A stretch of DNA of 64,000 nucleotides from Chiloscyllium plagiosum. Lineage: Eukaryota. The stretch covers positions 2,539,679 through 2,603,678 of the forward strand of contig NC_057759.1 in NCBI RefSeq assembly GCF_004010195.1, in the 5' to 3' direction. This document shows, in pieces, positions 11,569 through 23,938 of this stretch; the stretch's first letter is position 1, and every line of letters starts with the position of its first letter. The position numbers and the translations under genes are program-made. The notes under the pieces are model-generated. The model had not been told where the DNA came from. It saw nothing but the letters and a program-made list of their open reading frames with translations, and searched no databases.

Positions 11569-13153
11569 CCTTGTCTCACATATCTCCTTTAAAGTCGCTC
11601 CCTTTCACCTGAAAGCTGTGTTCCCCTACTATTTGACACTTCCAAACTAGGCGAACGTTTCTGACTCTCCACCCTCTCCAGGCCTCTCATAATTGTATAT
11701 ACTTCGATCAGGTCACACCTCAGCCTCTGATGCTGTTAGTGAAAACAATTCAATTTTGTCCAACCTCACCTCATACCTAATACACGCCAATACAGGCAAG
11801 ATTCTGGCAAATCTCGTTTGCACTATCTCTGAAGCCTCCACACGCTTCCTATAATGTGGGGACGAGAACAGCACTCAAACTTCTTTACTGCCTAACGCTC
11901 CTGCAAAAGGGAGAGGCTCTCATAATGAGATACTGGAAAAACGTAGATTGTTTTGCTTTGGGCGGCGGAGGCTGTAGGGAAACTTGATAGAGGTATGTAA
12001 GGTTATGCTTTGCATAGATCGGATCACGCATGTAAAAGGGCCATGAGGGGAAATATTTTCACACAGACAGTAGTGAAAGTATAGAACGCGCTGCCCGACG
12101 GCGTGGTGGAAACTGGTACAATTACAGCATTTAAAAGTTATTTGGACACTTATATGGATAGGAACAGTTTAAAAGAGTATGTGCCATGCACAGGCAAGTG
12201 TGACTAGTTTAGGAAACCTGGTCAGAATGGACGAGTTGGGCTGAAGGGCCTGCTTGCATGTTGGAATCAATGTTTATGACTCTCACGGCTGCACCCTCTT
12301 CTCTGTACATCACTGCCACTTGGGGGTTTGTCCTGCTGCGAGGACAGCGACACCAACGGCACGGGTTCAAATTCTGCACTGGCTAGTATGACCATGAAGG
12401 GCTCTCCAATACATCTCTCGCCTCTCCTGATGTGTGATGATCCTCACATTAAATGACCACTAAGTGTCCTCACTCGCTGACGAGAGAGAGGGGCTGTGGT
12501 GACTTTGCTATCTTTCCCATTACTCATAAACCGTTAAAGGAAGTGATATTGACAAAGAAGACAGAGAGAGGATGTTTTTTTCCTGTGGCAGTCTAGAACG
12601 ATCAGTTATCGTTTCAGGATAAGGGAGTGAGGCAGATTGAGTACTGAAATGAGAAGGAATGGCTTCTCTCAAAGGGGGCGATAGTGATGATGAGACAGTG
12701 AATAAGCTTGGGTTGTTTATTCTTCGGCAGGGAAGTTGTTGGGGTGCGAGGTGGGGCGGGAAGTGACCTGATAGAGATGTGTAAGATTATGAAGGACATT
12801 CAAGGACATTTTCTCAGGGTAGAGGAGTCCAAATCTGGAGTGCATTATTTTAAAGTGAACGGCAGGCAGGAATTTGAGGATAGTGATGGGGGTCTTGAAT
12901 GCACTGCTGGGAGGAGTGAAGCCTCACAATGTGGACGTGGACAAGCACTTGGAATATAATAACATTCAAAGCTGCGGTCTTAGTGCAGGAAAGTGGGGCT
13001 CGTTTACAATTAATATTTCTTTGGCAATACAGACATAATGGGCTGAAGGAATTCTTCAGAACTGCATAATTCAGAATGTCTCCAGTATTTAGATCAACAA
13101 TTCAGAGAAATATAAATATTGTCTCCCGTTAGATTGTAACATTCGGTACGTAC

Positions 13154-13410
13154 CTTGAACCTGAACATCAACAGGCCTTGAGGTGTGTGGGTAATTTTTA
13201 CATCTTCACAATCCACTGTCATTGGTAATGTTTGCATTAATGCTGTATGAAGATTCGCGGTTTTTAGACGTCATTGAATGGATCATCTTGCCGTTTTTGT
13301 GAAAGGTAAATTCTCTCTCCCACCTTCTATTGTCTGTGTACGACATTTTAGTTCCATGATCTCTCCTTCGAACAGTGAAACTGGGACAACATGGAAAGCC
13401 ATATATGCAT
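13154..13410 (-). pseudogene. Ig domain exon resembling FcR D2, with a frameshift and a stop
   Basis: tcttag|...CAAG|gtacgt, 257 nt (not a multiple of 3). Reads DAYMAFHVVPVSLFEGEIMELKCRTQ / NRRWEREFTFHKNGKMIHSMTSKNRESSYSINANITNDSGL*RCKNYPHTSRPVDVQVQ, matching the FEG..L.C, F.KNGK, DSG.Y.C and V.VQ motifs. Confidence 0.9.
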
Positions 13411-13927
13411 CTAAGATTGAAAGCAAAAGTTGCATTATTATGAGAAGGTGTACAAATATAACAGAAATTGACAATTCATAAAAAAAACTTTGTAAGAGTA
13501 AAAGACAAGGACAATGATTATTACAATAGCAGCAGGAGGTAGATAAGAGTGCATATCAGCAAGATAAATAGGAATGGGACTGACAATTCATACTGATATC
13601 ATATGACACTCAGACCTCAGAGTAAAGGATTCTGTTGGCAATAGTGATTGTGAATTTTAGTTGATGCAATCAGTTAGTTGGATAAGAATGTGAAGTGATG
13701 TGTTGACAGACAAGAAAAGAGCACCACTTTCTGGGTAAAAGCACCTCTCCTCATCTTATTCCTACCCCATCTCCTTGAGACTGTGACACCCCCCGTCCCC
13801 CGGGTCTGGACATCTATCCCACTCACAGGGTTATTGGGAACATCCTTCTTGTTTTTACCCTGTCTAGTCATAGAGTCAAACAGCATGGAAAGAAAGTCTT
13901 TGATCCAATCAGTCCATGCACCCAAAT

Positions 13928-14225
13928 GGCTGGCACGGTGGATCAGTGGTTAGCACTGCTGCTTCACGACACCAGGGTCCCAGCTTCGATTCCAATCTCG
14001 GGGACTCTCTGTGTGGAGTTTGCATATTCTCCCCGAGTCTGCGTGGGATTGCTCCCGTTTCCTCCCACAGTCCAAAGATGTACAAATCAGGTGAATTGGC
14101 CATGCTGGCTTGCCCATAATGCTTTAGTCAAAGTAGAAACGGGTCTTGTGGGTTACTCTTCGGAGGGTCGGTGTGGAGTGGTTGGGCCGAAGGGCCTGTT
14201 CCCATACTGTAGGGGACCTGATCTA
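13928..14225 (+). mobile_element. HE1 V-SINE
   Basis: tRNA head, V-domain tgtgtggagtttgcatattctcccc...tcctcccacagtccaaaga, and HER1-type tail. Confidence 0.9.
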
Positions 14226-14295
14226 GTTTTCCATACACTGCTCCAACCTATTACGTTTAACGCATATTTTCCAAACCTTTCCTATTCATACGTTT

Positions 14296-15300
14296 AGGAG
14301 AAGGAGAGGAGTGCAGCTGCTGGAAAGTCAGAATCAAAAAGTGTGGCACAGGAAAAACATAGCAGATCAGGCAGCATCCGAGGAACAGGAGAGTCATTGA
14401 ATCAGGTATAGGCCCTTGGTCAGGAATGTGGGGGTGGGTTTTCTTTAGAGGGCGGAAGGGAAGGGTGCAGTGGATTGGATGGCGAGGAAGTCGGATTGGT
14501 ATGACAGGTCAAGAGGGCATTTCCGAGTTGTAAAGTTGAATTTGGGATGAGGTGGCGGGATGAGAGATCTGGAAACTAGTGAAGTTGATGTTGATGCCGT
14601 GTGTTTGGAGGGTTCCAAGGCAGAAAATGAGGCCTGCTTCGTTCAGTCGTCAGGTGGCTTGGATTTGGAGGTAGAGGAGGCCCAGCATGTATATGACCTT
14701 TGGCAAGTGTGATGGGTGTTGAAATGGACGGCCACAGGACAGTCGGGTGTTTGGTGCGTGTGACCCAGAGTTATTCCCTGAAATGATCCGCAAGTTGGCA
14801 TCCTGTCTCACCAATGTAGAGGAGGCCACATCGAGAACAACGGAACAGTTGGGTGGATATGCAAGAAAATCTCTGCCAGATTTGAAATGATCTTTTAGAG
14901 CTTGAGGACGAAGCTGTGGGCGCAGGTTTTACATCTCGTGTGACAGCAACCGAAGGTGCTAGGTTTAGTTGGTGGGTAGGTGAGGGGCGTGAAACTAACA
15001 AGGGAGTCACAGAGTGAATAGTCTCTGTGGAACACATGTAGGGGTAGGAACCCAAATATATCTGGTGGCAAGGTCTAATTGTCGATGATGGAAATGGCGG
15101 AGGATAATGCTCTGTCTCCACAGATTAGTGGAATGGTAGGTAAGGATCTGGGGATTCCATGGTTTTTTTGCGGTGGAAGTGGTGGTTTTCAAGTGCAGAG
15201 GTATGGTAAGTGGAGGAGGTGTAATGCAAGGCATTGCTGATCACGTTGGAGGGGAAATTACGGTCCTTAAAATAGGCGAGAATCTGGGATGTCCTGGAGT
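14296..15300 (-). mobile_element. Penelope-like element 3' part (GIY-YIG endonuclease plus pLTR)
   Basis: FRCSRCGLLYIGETGCQLADHFRE, with a terminal repeat at about 14296-14430. Confidence 0.85.
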
Positions 15301-16820
15301 GAACTTATCCAAATGTCTGCTAAACCTTGTTATTGCAATTGCATCCAACAATTCCTCTGGCAGTTTATTCACCAGGCCCACCACTCTGTATTAAGTAAAT
15401 TGCGCAAAAGGCTTTTTAAAAAAGTGTTTCTCTGCTTACATTTAAAATATGCAGTTTAGTTTTGAAGTCCGACCCTAGGGAAAAGACCTTATCTATGCCC
15501 CTCCTGATTTGGTAATAATCAATAAGGTCATCCCTCAACCTCCTCTGCTACAGTACAGAATGTAACTGAATTTCTAATCCAATTTCATCTCCATTCCAAG
15601 TAACATATGGGTAAATCATTTCGGAACCCTCTCTAGTTTTACAATATCCTTCCTGTAAAAGGGGTGACCAGAATTGCACTCAGTATTCCACAAGAGGCCT
15701 CAGCAACATCCTGCACAACCTCAATATAACATCCCAACTCCTACAATCAAAGGTCTGAGCAATAAAGTCATGCATATTGAATGCCTTCTTAAACAAACTT
15801 TGACGCAAATTTAAAGAATTATATAACTGAACCCCCATGACTCTGTGTTCTACAGCACTACCCAAGGCCCAATCATTAACTGAATAAACCTTGTCCTTGT
15901 TTGTATTACCAAAATGCAATATCCCACATTTATGCAAATTGAACTCCATCTGCCACTCCTCTGCCCAGATCCAGATCTCTATGTAATCTCAGTTTACCCT
16001 TTCCACTTTTCGCTACACCACGAATTTCGGTGTCTTATGCAAACTTACTAATCATATCATTAATTTTCTCATCCAAATCATTTATATAAATGACAAACAA
16101 CATTGCACTGAGCAATGATCCCATCGGAAAGCCACTGGTCATAGGCCTCCAATCTAAAAAAATACATACCGCCATTACTGTTTTCTGCTGTTAAAGCAAT
16201 TTTGTATCCAACTGACAATCCTGAATCCTAAGTGATCTAAATGCACTAATGAGTCTACTATGCGGAACTTTGTCAACGATTCTACGAAAGCCCAACTAAA
16301 TAACGTCTAACACTCTGCCCTCATCCATCTCTTTGGTTACTACATTAAAACTTCAATTAGGTTTGAGAGATCCGATATCTCTTGTAAGAAACCATGCTGA
16401 CTCCTCTTAATCAATCCTTGCCTCTCCAAATGTGCATAAACCCTTCCTTTCAGAACCATTTCCAACAACTTACCCATCAGTGATGCAAGACAGACTGACC
16501 TATCGTTTCCATGCTTCTACTTACAGTCTTTCTTTAACAACGACACAACATTAGCCACCTTCCAGTCCACCGTGATAATAAATGATAGAATTATTGCTGT
16601 TAAAAGCCCCACAATTGCCTCCCTAACGTCCCATAACATCCTGACAATTTGATCAGGTCCTGCTAATTTATCAACATTTATGTTTTCTCAGACCTTCAAC
16701 GCTTCCTCGTCTGTAATGTGAACTGTTCTTAAAACATCTTTACTTATTTCCTTGAGGTCTCAAGCCTCCACTGTTTTCTCAACAGTCAAAACTGACGCGA
16801 AATATTAATTTACTTTCTCC
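15300..16820 (-). mobile_element. CR1 ORF2 RT fragment
   Basis: MEFNLHKCGILHFG...LLRPLVEY plus degenerate upstream RT motifs. Confidence 0.85.
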
Positions 16821-17059
16821 TGGTAGAACGGTAAAATTTTCTATCAGATTCCCTCCTCATTCTTCTGAAGTCCAGTGAATGTAATCCTAAGCAATCCAAT
16901 TTGTCTTCATCCGTCAGTCATGCCATCCCAGGAATCAGTCTTGGAAACCTTCGCGCTCCTTCTCCATAGCAGAACATCCTTCCTCAGAATCTGAGAACCA
17001 AACTGCACACACAATATCTAGGGTGTGGATTCACACTTGACAATTGCAGCAAATATTTC

Positions 17060-17965
17060 TTTTATTCACTCAAGGCCTATGGGCATCCATGTTTGTCTCT
17101 AGTTGCTCCCCTGAGAGGGTGGTAGTGAGATGCCTTCATGGATGTGCTGGAGATAGATCCACAATGCCCTGAGGGAGGGAATTCCAGTATTTTGACAAAG
17201 CATTACTGAAGGTACTATTGATATATTTCGAAATCATGATGGTACTATTGATATATTTCGAATCAAGAGGGGAACCTTGGAGGGCGTGGTGTCCCATGTA
17301 TCTGCTGTCCATGTTCTTCTGGATGGAAATGGTCGTGGATTTGGAATGAACTATCATAGGATCCTTGATGAATTTCTGCAGTGCATCTTGCTGATGGTAC
17401 AAAATGCTGAGACGATGATGGAGGGAGTGGATGTTCGTGGATGTGGCACCAATCAAACGAGTGTTGCTTTGTCCCTGAACGGTAGTGAGCATCTCGAGTC
17501 TTGTTGGGGATGCACCAATCAAGGCAAGTGGGGAGTATTCCATTACATTCCCATCTTCTACCTTGTCAGGAGATGAGTTACTCACTGTAGGATTTCCAAC
17601 CTCTGACTTGCTCTTGGAGTCACTGTGTTTATGCAATGAATCCAGTTGAGTTTCTGGCGAACAAGATGCTGACATTTGGGGATTCAGTGATGGCAGCAAC
17701 ATTGAATGCCAAGAGCATGGCGGGTTGATATTCTGTTGTGGGAGTTGCCATTGCCTGGCATTTGTATAACACCTGGCACAAGTATTATTTGCCACTTGGT
17801 AGTCCAGCCCTGGTATTGTTCAGATCATGCTGCATTTGAACATGGACTACTTCAGTCTCTGTGAAGTAGAGAAAAGTGCTGAACGTTGTGCAATCATCAG
17901 TGAACATCCGCACGTCTGACCTTATGATGGAGGGAAGATCATTGATGAAGCAACCCTGCTCCTGT
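17060..17965 (-). mobile_element. L2/CR1-group LINE RT and 3' fragment
   Basis: CFINDLPSIIRSDVRMFTDDCT. It contains a ~30-bp tandem duplication (ggtactattgatatatttcgaa) at about 17211-17265. Confidence 0.85.
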
Positions 17966-18068
17966 CCTCGACTCTCCATCACTGGGAGGGCCCTGAGAAA
18001 ACAACGTACACAGACGTAGCATCGAATTGTCAAAACATTCACTGGCACTAACTGAGTAAAGGAATTAC

Positions 18069-18336
18069 CAATCTGGTACTGTGAGACTTAGAGTGTTCGA
18101 AACCCACTTTATAAAGCCAATTCTTAACTCACATCGATAAGATACTTCATCTGAATACGCTGCAATTTCGATGGTGAGTGCCCCATATATAGGTTCTTCG
18201 ATTCACCCATTATTTCGATATCATTGGAAATGGTTTCCGCTCAGTTTCTGGGATTGGGTCTGGCAATTCATTATAATCCTTTCATAACTGACAACATGTT
18301 GTGGTTTTGCTTCCAAAGTTAGCGTTTCGTCAGAAA
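18069..18336 (-). pseudogene. Ig C2-type domain exon with two TGA stops
   Basis: tttctcttgtag| then SDETLTLEAKPQHVVSYERIIMNCQTQSQKLSGNHFQ*YRNNG*IEEPIYGALTIEIAAYSDEVSYRCELRIGFIKWVSNTLSLTVPD, then gtaatt. It has the C...(W)YRN...D..SY.C pattern. The donor is 1 nt off the expected phase. Confidence 0.85.
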
Positions 18337-19053
18337 CTACAAGAGAAATGTGTCAAAAGTTGGACACAAAATCGGATTAGATAACAACAAATTGCAGATG
18401 AGAAATCAATTGTGTTGGTTCTCAGTGATATCAGAGCTGTGCAGGACTTTGTTCAGGATATTTTCTTCAGAGAGGTTTGGTGGTTGGGGAGGGTGGTACT
18501 GACAGAGATGTGTGACATTCTGTGGGACATGGACAGGGTAGATTGGAAGCAGCTGTTCCCCCCAGTTGAATTGTCAATAACGAGGGGGCATCATTTTGAA
18601 ATGAAAGGCAGGAGGTTTTGAGAAGGATATCCGTATTTTTCTACCCAAAGGGTGGTAGGCGTGACTGACTCAGCCTTGACTGATCTCTATAATAAGAAAT
18701 TCCTCTAATAGGAGACTCCCCCTCTGACCTCGACTCTCCCACACAAGACGAAACAAGCTCTCTCCGCAACGTACCGCCCCCTGTCAATCCCTGTAAGGGT
18801 CTTCAAGAAGGTTACCTCCTATTCTTCTAAATTCCAGTGAGGAGAGACCCATCTACTTAACCTCTCCTCATGAGAAATTACCAAGTACCAGTTCAGGTGC
18901 CTAACCTTATGGAAGTGTCTTATGCTGAAAAAATGCATACTTGGCTGAAAATAGTCTGGGAGGTCAGGAAAACAATTAAATCAAGGTGCACTCCACTTCC
19001 ATATAGCATTTTCTGTGTAATGTGAAGTCAATCTGGACTACATGTGACTACAG

Positions 19054-19236
19054 CTGGAAATGTGTTGCTGGAAAAGCGCAGCAGGTCAGGCAGCATCCAG
19101 GGAACAGGAGAATCAACGTTTCGGGCATAGAAACGTCGGTTCTCCTGTTCCCTGGATGCTGCCTGACCTGCTGCGCTTTTCCAGCAACACATTTCCAGCT
19201 CTGATCTCCAGCATCTGCAGACCTCACTTTCTCCTC
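19054..19236. mobile_element. Penelope pLTR-derived hairpin element with 16-bp target-site duplication
   Basis: Inverted arms at about 19052-19122 and 19130-19200. The flanking direct repeat ctacatgtgactacag is at 19038-19053 and 19237-19252. Confidence 0.85.
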
Positions 19237-19362
19237 CTACATGTGACTACAGACCCACAGGAATGTGGTTGATCCTTAACTGCCCTTTGTGATGGGCAAC
19301 AAGTGCTGGCCTAGATAGTGATGTCCTCATCCCACAAACTATATTTTAAGAAGTACACTTAC

Positions 19363-19602
19363 CAGTGATGACAGCTTTAATAGGTTTACTCCAGTTCCAT
19401 GGGAAGGTTGTGTTGCAGGAGTAAGACCCACCACTTTCACTGTTTGCAAGCATTTCATAAACATTACTTTGTGTCTCAGTGATGTTCACGCTATTTTTGT
19501 ACTAAGAAACCATTTTTCCTTTATCTGTTCGACACTTCAATTTTACAGTCTATCCTTCTTTTATGAACCTACTTGTGGGACATACATAAAGCACGTTCCC
19601 TC
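19363..19602 (-). pseudogene. Ig C2-type domain exon with two TAG stops
   Basis: 240 nt, ag|...G|gtaagt, phase 1-1. Reads GGNVLYVCPTSRFIKEG*TVKLKCRTDKGKMVS*YKNSVNITETQSNVYEMLANSESGGSYSCNTTFPWNWSKPIKAVIT. Both Ig cysteines are present and one stop sits at the conserved Trp of WYKN. Confidence 0.85.
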
Positions 19603-20214
19603 CTAACGCCGAAGAGACAGACAGACGGACAGAGAGAAGCAGGAAGGTTAATAATTCGGTCATTGCAACTTTTTGGACTCTCTCTGCTACAAACACAATG
19701 TGCAGTTCAGCTTCAGTGTCCCAGCATATGGAGCTTCATTTCGAATTGACTTCTGACTGAATGATCCAGTCAATTAAAAATTCTGAAATTGATTAATTTC
19801 GTTTTCACCTAACCCTGGATTTCTTGACGTGTCATCTCTGTACTATCAATCATTTCGCTAATTTCATTTTATTTGAAAAGACAATCACTGATAGGCATCG
19901 GGGAATCTACTTTTCTGATGAGTTAACTGCACCGATTATGTTTAGCCTTTTAAGGACACCTTTATTGGAGTGTGAAACCTTGTCTGCCATACTCAACGCT
20001 CTGGTTAAATTACAAATTGACCTGTGAATTTCAAAATTAAAACTCCCATGTTGTTTTTTTACTGTGCTCTCCAGAAAATCTCCCCGACCCCATGCAAAGG
20101 TTATTCAGTTTACCAGGCAGTGGTTATCTCCAATAAGAAGGAATCCAACCATCACCCTTTGCTTTCAGTGGTGTTCACATCAATGAACCATTGCCCTCCT
20201 CCCACCAAAGCCTC

Positions 20215-20740
20215 AAAAAGGTCTGTCCACCATCGAAACAAGACAGTTCAGGAGAGTGATGGAAAACTCCCCATTTGATAAGTGCAGCTCCAACAACAAA
20301 TGAGAAAGCTTGACACCATACAATACAAAGCAGCCTCCGCTTGATAGAAACCACATCCACAAACATCTACTTCCTCCATGCTCAGTAGCAGCAGTCTATA
20401 CTGTCTACAAGATGTACAGCAGAAATTCAACAAAGAACCTCAGACTGTAACTCCCAAACTTCCTTCTAGACGGATAAGAACAGACATGGGAATACCACCA
20501 CCTGCAAGTTCACCTCCGAGCCACTCACCATGCGAACTTGGAAATATATCGAATTTTCCTTCAGTGTCGCTGGTGTCAAAATCCTGGAGTTCCTTCGCTA
20601 AAACTATTATGGGTCTATCTACAACGCACAGACTGCAGCGGTTCAAGAAGACAGCTCACCACCAACTTTCAAGTACAACTCTGGACAGACAGTAAACCAT
20701 GGGCCCAGCCAGCGAAGCGATGTGCCATGGCTGAATTAAA
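20215..20740 (+). mobile_element. L2/CR1-group LINE 3' fragment
   Basis: Homologous to 5945-6440. Confidence 0.75.
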
Positions 20741-22281
20741 TTTCATCTGTCATGTGCCTGTCTAATATAGATTATTATATTCCCCTCTATTATTGTCCCG
20801 CAGTCTCATCCTCGTTTGTGGCTTTTCCAAGTGTTCTGATCTCTTGTATTCAATTGAAGACCAGAACTGAAGTCAATGTCCATTTATATTTATCATAACG
20901 GTTATCGCAGCTATTTATGATCTATATGAGCAACTTTTCAGTACTGATGTCCTGTCAAAAAATAGACAGTACCATCCATTTTCTTCATCCATGTCCGCAA
21001 ATAAATTGCCTCAATGCTTACTGCCATTATCTATCAGGATCGGCCCCTTGAATTGCGCTGGTGCTGTTGGATTTGTAATATAATATTTTACCTTTAGCTT
21101 CTCAAGACTTTTTGAATAAATGAACTATAGAAATTCGGTTAAAACCTTCGTTTTACTTCTTATCTATCAATTCATCTATTATTGACAATGCCTTCGTACT
21201 TTAAAACCATAAGACCATGAGAGCTTTTAGCCCCTTCAGCGCTCTCCATTATCCAATTATATCATGGCAGATTCGTCATTCCTCACGTTCCCTTTCCGAC
21301 CCTTTCCTTTGATTCCTTGACTGGTCCAAAGTCTTTTAAGTCTCAGCCTTAAGTATACGCAAGGACTCTTCCCCCCACACAGCATTCTGTGGCAAGGAGT
21401 TCCAAAGACTCACAACTCTCAGAGAAGAAACTCCTCCGAATCTGTCTTCCATTTATGCCCCTTTATTCAGAGACTACGCTCTCTGGCCCTAGGCTTTCCC
21501 ATGAGGACAAACATTCTCTCAGCATTGATCCTACATGTTTCAGTTAGATCATCTCTCATTCTTCTTAACTTCATTAATTGAGCATGAACCTGTTCAGCCT
21601 TTTGACAAAAAACAATTCCACTCTACCAGCGATCATCGCAGTGAACCTTTCTTGAATGCCTCAAAGGAAGTTTTCTCTTTCCTTAAAATAGGAAATAAAA
21701 TTGTTCACTGTTTTGTAGTCCCAATGCAGTTCCCCAGCATCTTATACACTTGCAATAAGACTTTCTTACTCTTCATCTTCAATCCTTTACAACAAGGACT
21801 AACAATCCCTCTGCCCTCCCTGATTACCTGCTGCCGCCATGTGCTAGCTTTCTGCCTTTCGTGAACATTCCCCGCCATGTATCCTTGTATTGTAGCTCGC
21901 TGCGGTTTTTTTGTCCATTTAAATTAGACAATATTCTCCCTTCTAAAGTGATCGTAACTTTGTGCTTCCCCAAACACCTTGTTTTAAATCTCAACTCATT
22001 TGAAGTATTGTAGTGGAGTTAAACTTTGATACAGATATGCTGAATGGACTCTGTCCAATGTGAGTCATGATTTGTCCACATTGTAACGGCTGGATAATGC
22101 TCACTGGAGAAGAGTTGAAAACGATTCTGATCTCTGAGAGACTATCCCTAACAGAGGACCAGAAAGACTCGAATCAAGTTCCATTTGATGTGCATTTGGG
22201 AAAAGTTCAGTGAAAAAAAATGTGCCCAACAAGACTCCGAATTTTCAAACGATTTTCAAAGAAATGTGCAATTCCTCCTAC

Positions 22282-22311
22282 CTTTGGTGATCCCATAGAG
22301 AGCAAGATTCA
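22282..22311 (-). pseudogene. Candidate leader mini-exon, 30 nt, phase 1-1 (xNLALYGITK)
   Basis: ttctgtcttctag|TGAATCTTGCTCTCTATGGGATCACCAAAG|gtagga. It is open, in frame and hydrophobic. Confidence 0.5.
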
Positions 22312-22766
22312 CTAGAAGACAGAAGTGAATTGAAGTGCAAATGTCAATATTTCTGTCGGTGTCTTTGAAACATCAAAGCAATGTAAGTGAAGAAGCAACA
22401 GAGAAGCAGCACATGTCCTGTCAATAACTCAATGGCAACTGTTGACTCTTTATTCCCATTTAAGTGCAAATGCGAATTGCATTATGATCCCATTGATTTC
22501 TCGCTCTTTTCTCATGCCGCCATCAACTTTTGCTTTGTACATTTCTGTCTGTTATTTGTTCCATTTTCCCCTCCTGTTTTCTCTCTGGTCAGGTTCCCAT
22601 TCCCATGCCATTCTTCTTTAACAAGTAAAGGAGTCCATAAATCTAACTTTTTTGAAAAATAAAGTATGTTTGGGAAGGCTCTTACAAAACGAATCAAGTT
22701 CACATGGCTTTCTGGTTCTTGCCTCGAACAGATTCTTGGAAACCCCCGAAGTCAGCCAAGACTTAC

Positions 22767-22808
22767 CAATGATCTCTACACTGAGTTTTTTGGATTGAAG
22801 ACAAGAGG
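22767..22808 (-). pseudogene. Candidate leader mini-exon, 42 nt, phase 1-1 (TSCLQSKKLSVEII)
   Basis: ctgtag|CCTCTTGT...ATCATTG|gtaagt. It is open, in frame with S1, and has a strong donor. Confidence 0.45.
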
Positions 22809-23631
22809 CTACAGTTACAGCAGGGCTCTTCTCGGAACATGTGTGCTCAGTTTCAACATACATACACATCTTCCCCTGCATTTAAAGTCATTTCGCATGA
22901 GAGTTAGGACCATCTTCAATTTTAATTCAGAGCCAGAGAGGTCTGTAGCACAGGAAAAAGGCCCATCAGCCCGTAATCCTTGTGCTGTACAAAAACAGCT
23001 ACCTCAATATTCTTTAATCCCATTTTCCCAGCATGTGGCCCAAAGTATTGGCAACACAAGTGCACATCTAAATCCTTCTTCAATGTGATGAGTGTTTCTG
23101 CCTCTCCCACTCTTACGGGCAGTGATTTCCAGATTCCCTACCACCCTTTGGGAGAAAACCTTTTTCCACAAATCCCCCTCTAAACCTCGTGCTCCTTACC
23201 TTCAGTCTATGCTCTCCCAAACCTGTCATACATTCCTCCAGCAAGGTGGAAACGCATCTTCCTGCCTACCTTATCTATGCCCCACATTACTTTATATATC
23301 TCAATCATGTCTCCCCACCCTCCCCACTCAATCTGGTCTGCTCTGAGGAAAACAAACCCAGTCTGTCCAATCTCTCTCCAGCACTGAAACTCTCCAGCCT
23401 CCAAGGCAATAACCGGCTTAATCTCCTAATGTTGATGAAAAATGATGGTATTTCCATTCACTACCCAGTGAGATTTCTTGCCTTATATATTGTTAGACTG
23501 TGCTTTCCTTTGAAGGATTCTGAAATTCTAATGATCCTCTCCGTTGCCCTTACATTTTAGTCATATGCACAGTGCATCTTTTCCCGAGAAAGGAAAATTG
23601 TATGCACAAAGTAGAATCAAAGAACATTCAC

Positions 23632-23725
23632 CTCTCTCTCTTTCTCTCTCTTTCTTTGCTTCACCTCTGTCTCTCTCTCTCTCACACACACACATACACA
23701 CTCACTCTCTCCCCTCCTCTCCCTC
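23632..23725. repeat. (CT)n(CA)n compound microsatellite
   Basis: Direct reading. Confidence 0.85.
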
Positions 23726-23839
23726 ACCCCTCTGGAAAAGCTATCGTCAAAGCTCCAAACTATTTTTGTTGTCGATTTTTGCAAAGTTTGTAATTTTATG
23801 TTGGCCACAGTAATTAGTTCCTGCTTTACAAGAACTGAG

Positions 23840-23848
23840 GAGGAAGTG
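23840..23848 (+). promoter_or_regulatory. PU.1/ETS-like motif in the first intron
   Basis: GAGGAAGTG about 90 nt inside intron 1 of the putative leukocyte receptor. Motif match only. Confidence 0.25.
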
Positions 23849-23938
23849 TTTGATTAGCTGCTGCCAAATGTAACCTCGTGTGAACGGGGGACAAAGCAGA
23901 TTTGTCAGGGACAAGGTTCCTCTTTAACATACACTTAC

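Noticed and set aside
13928..14000. tRNA genes at A/B-box-like sequences (also about 2195-2255 and 37820-37888)
   Set aside because: The 13928 and 37820 copies are SINE heads that continue into V-domain and LINE-tail sequence. No complete cloverleaf was found at any of them.
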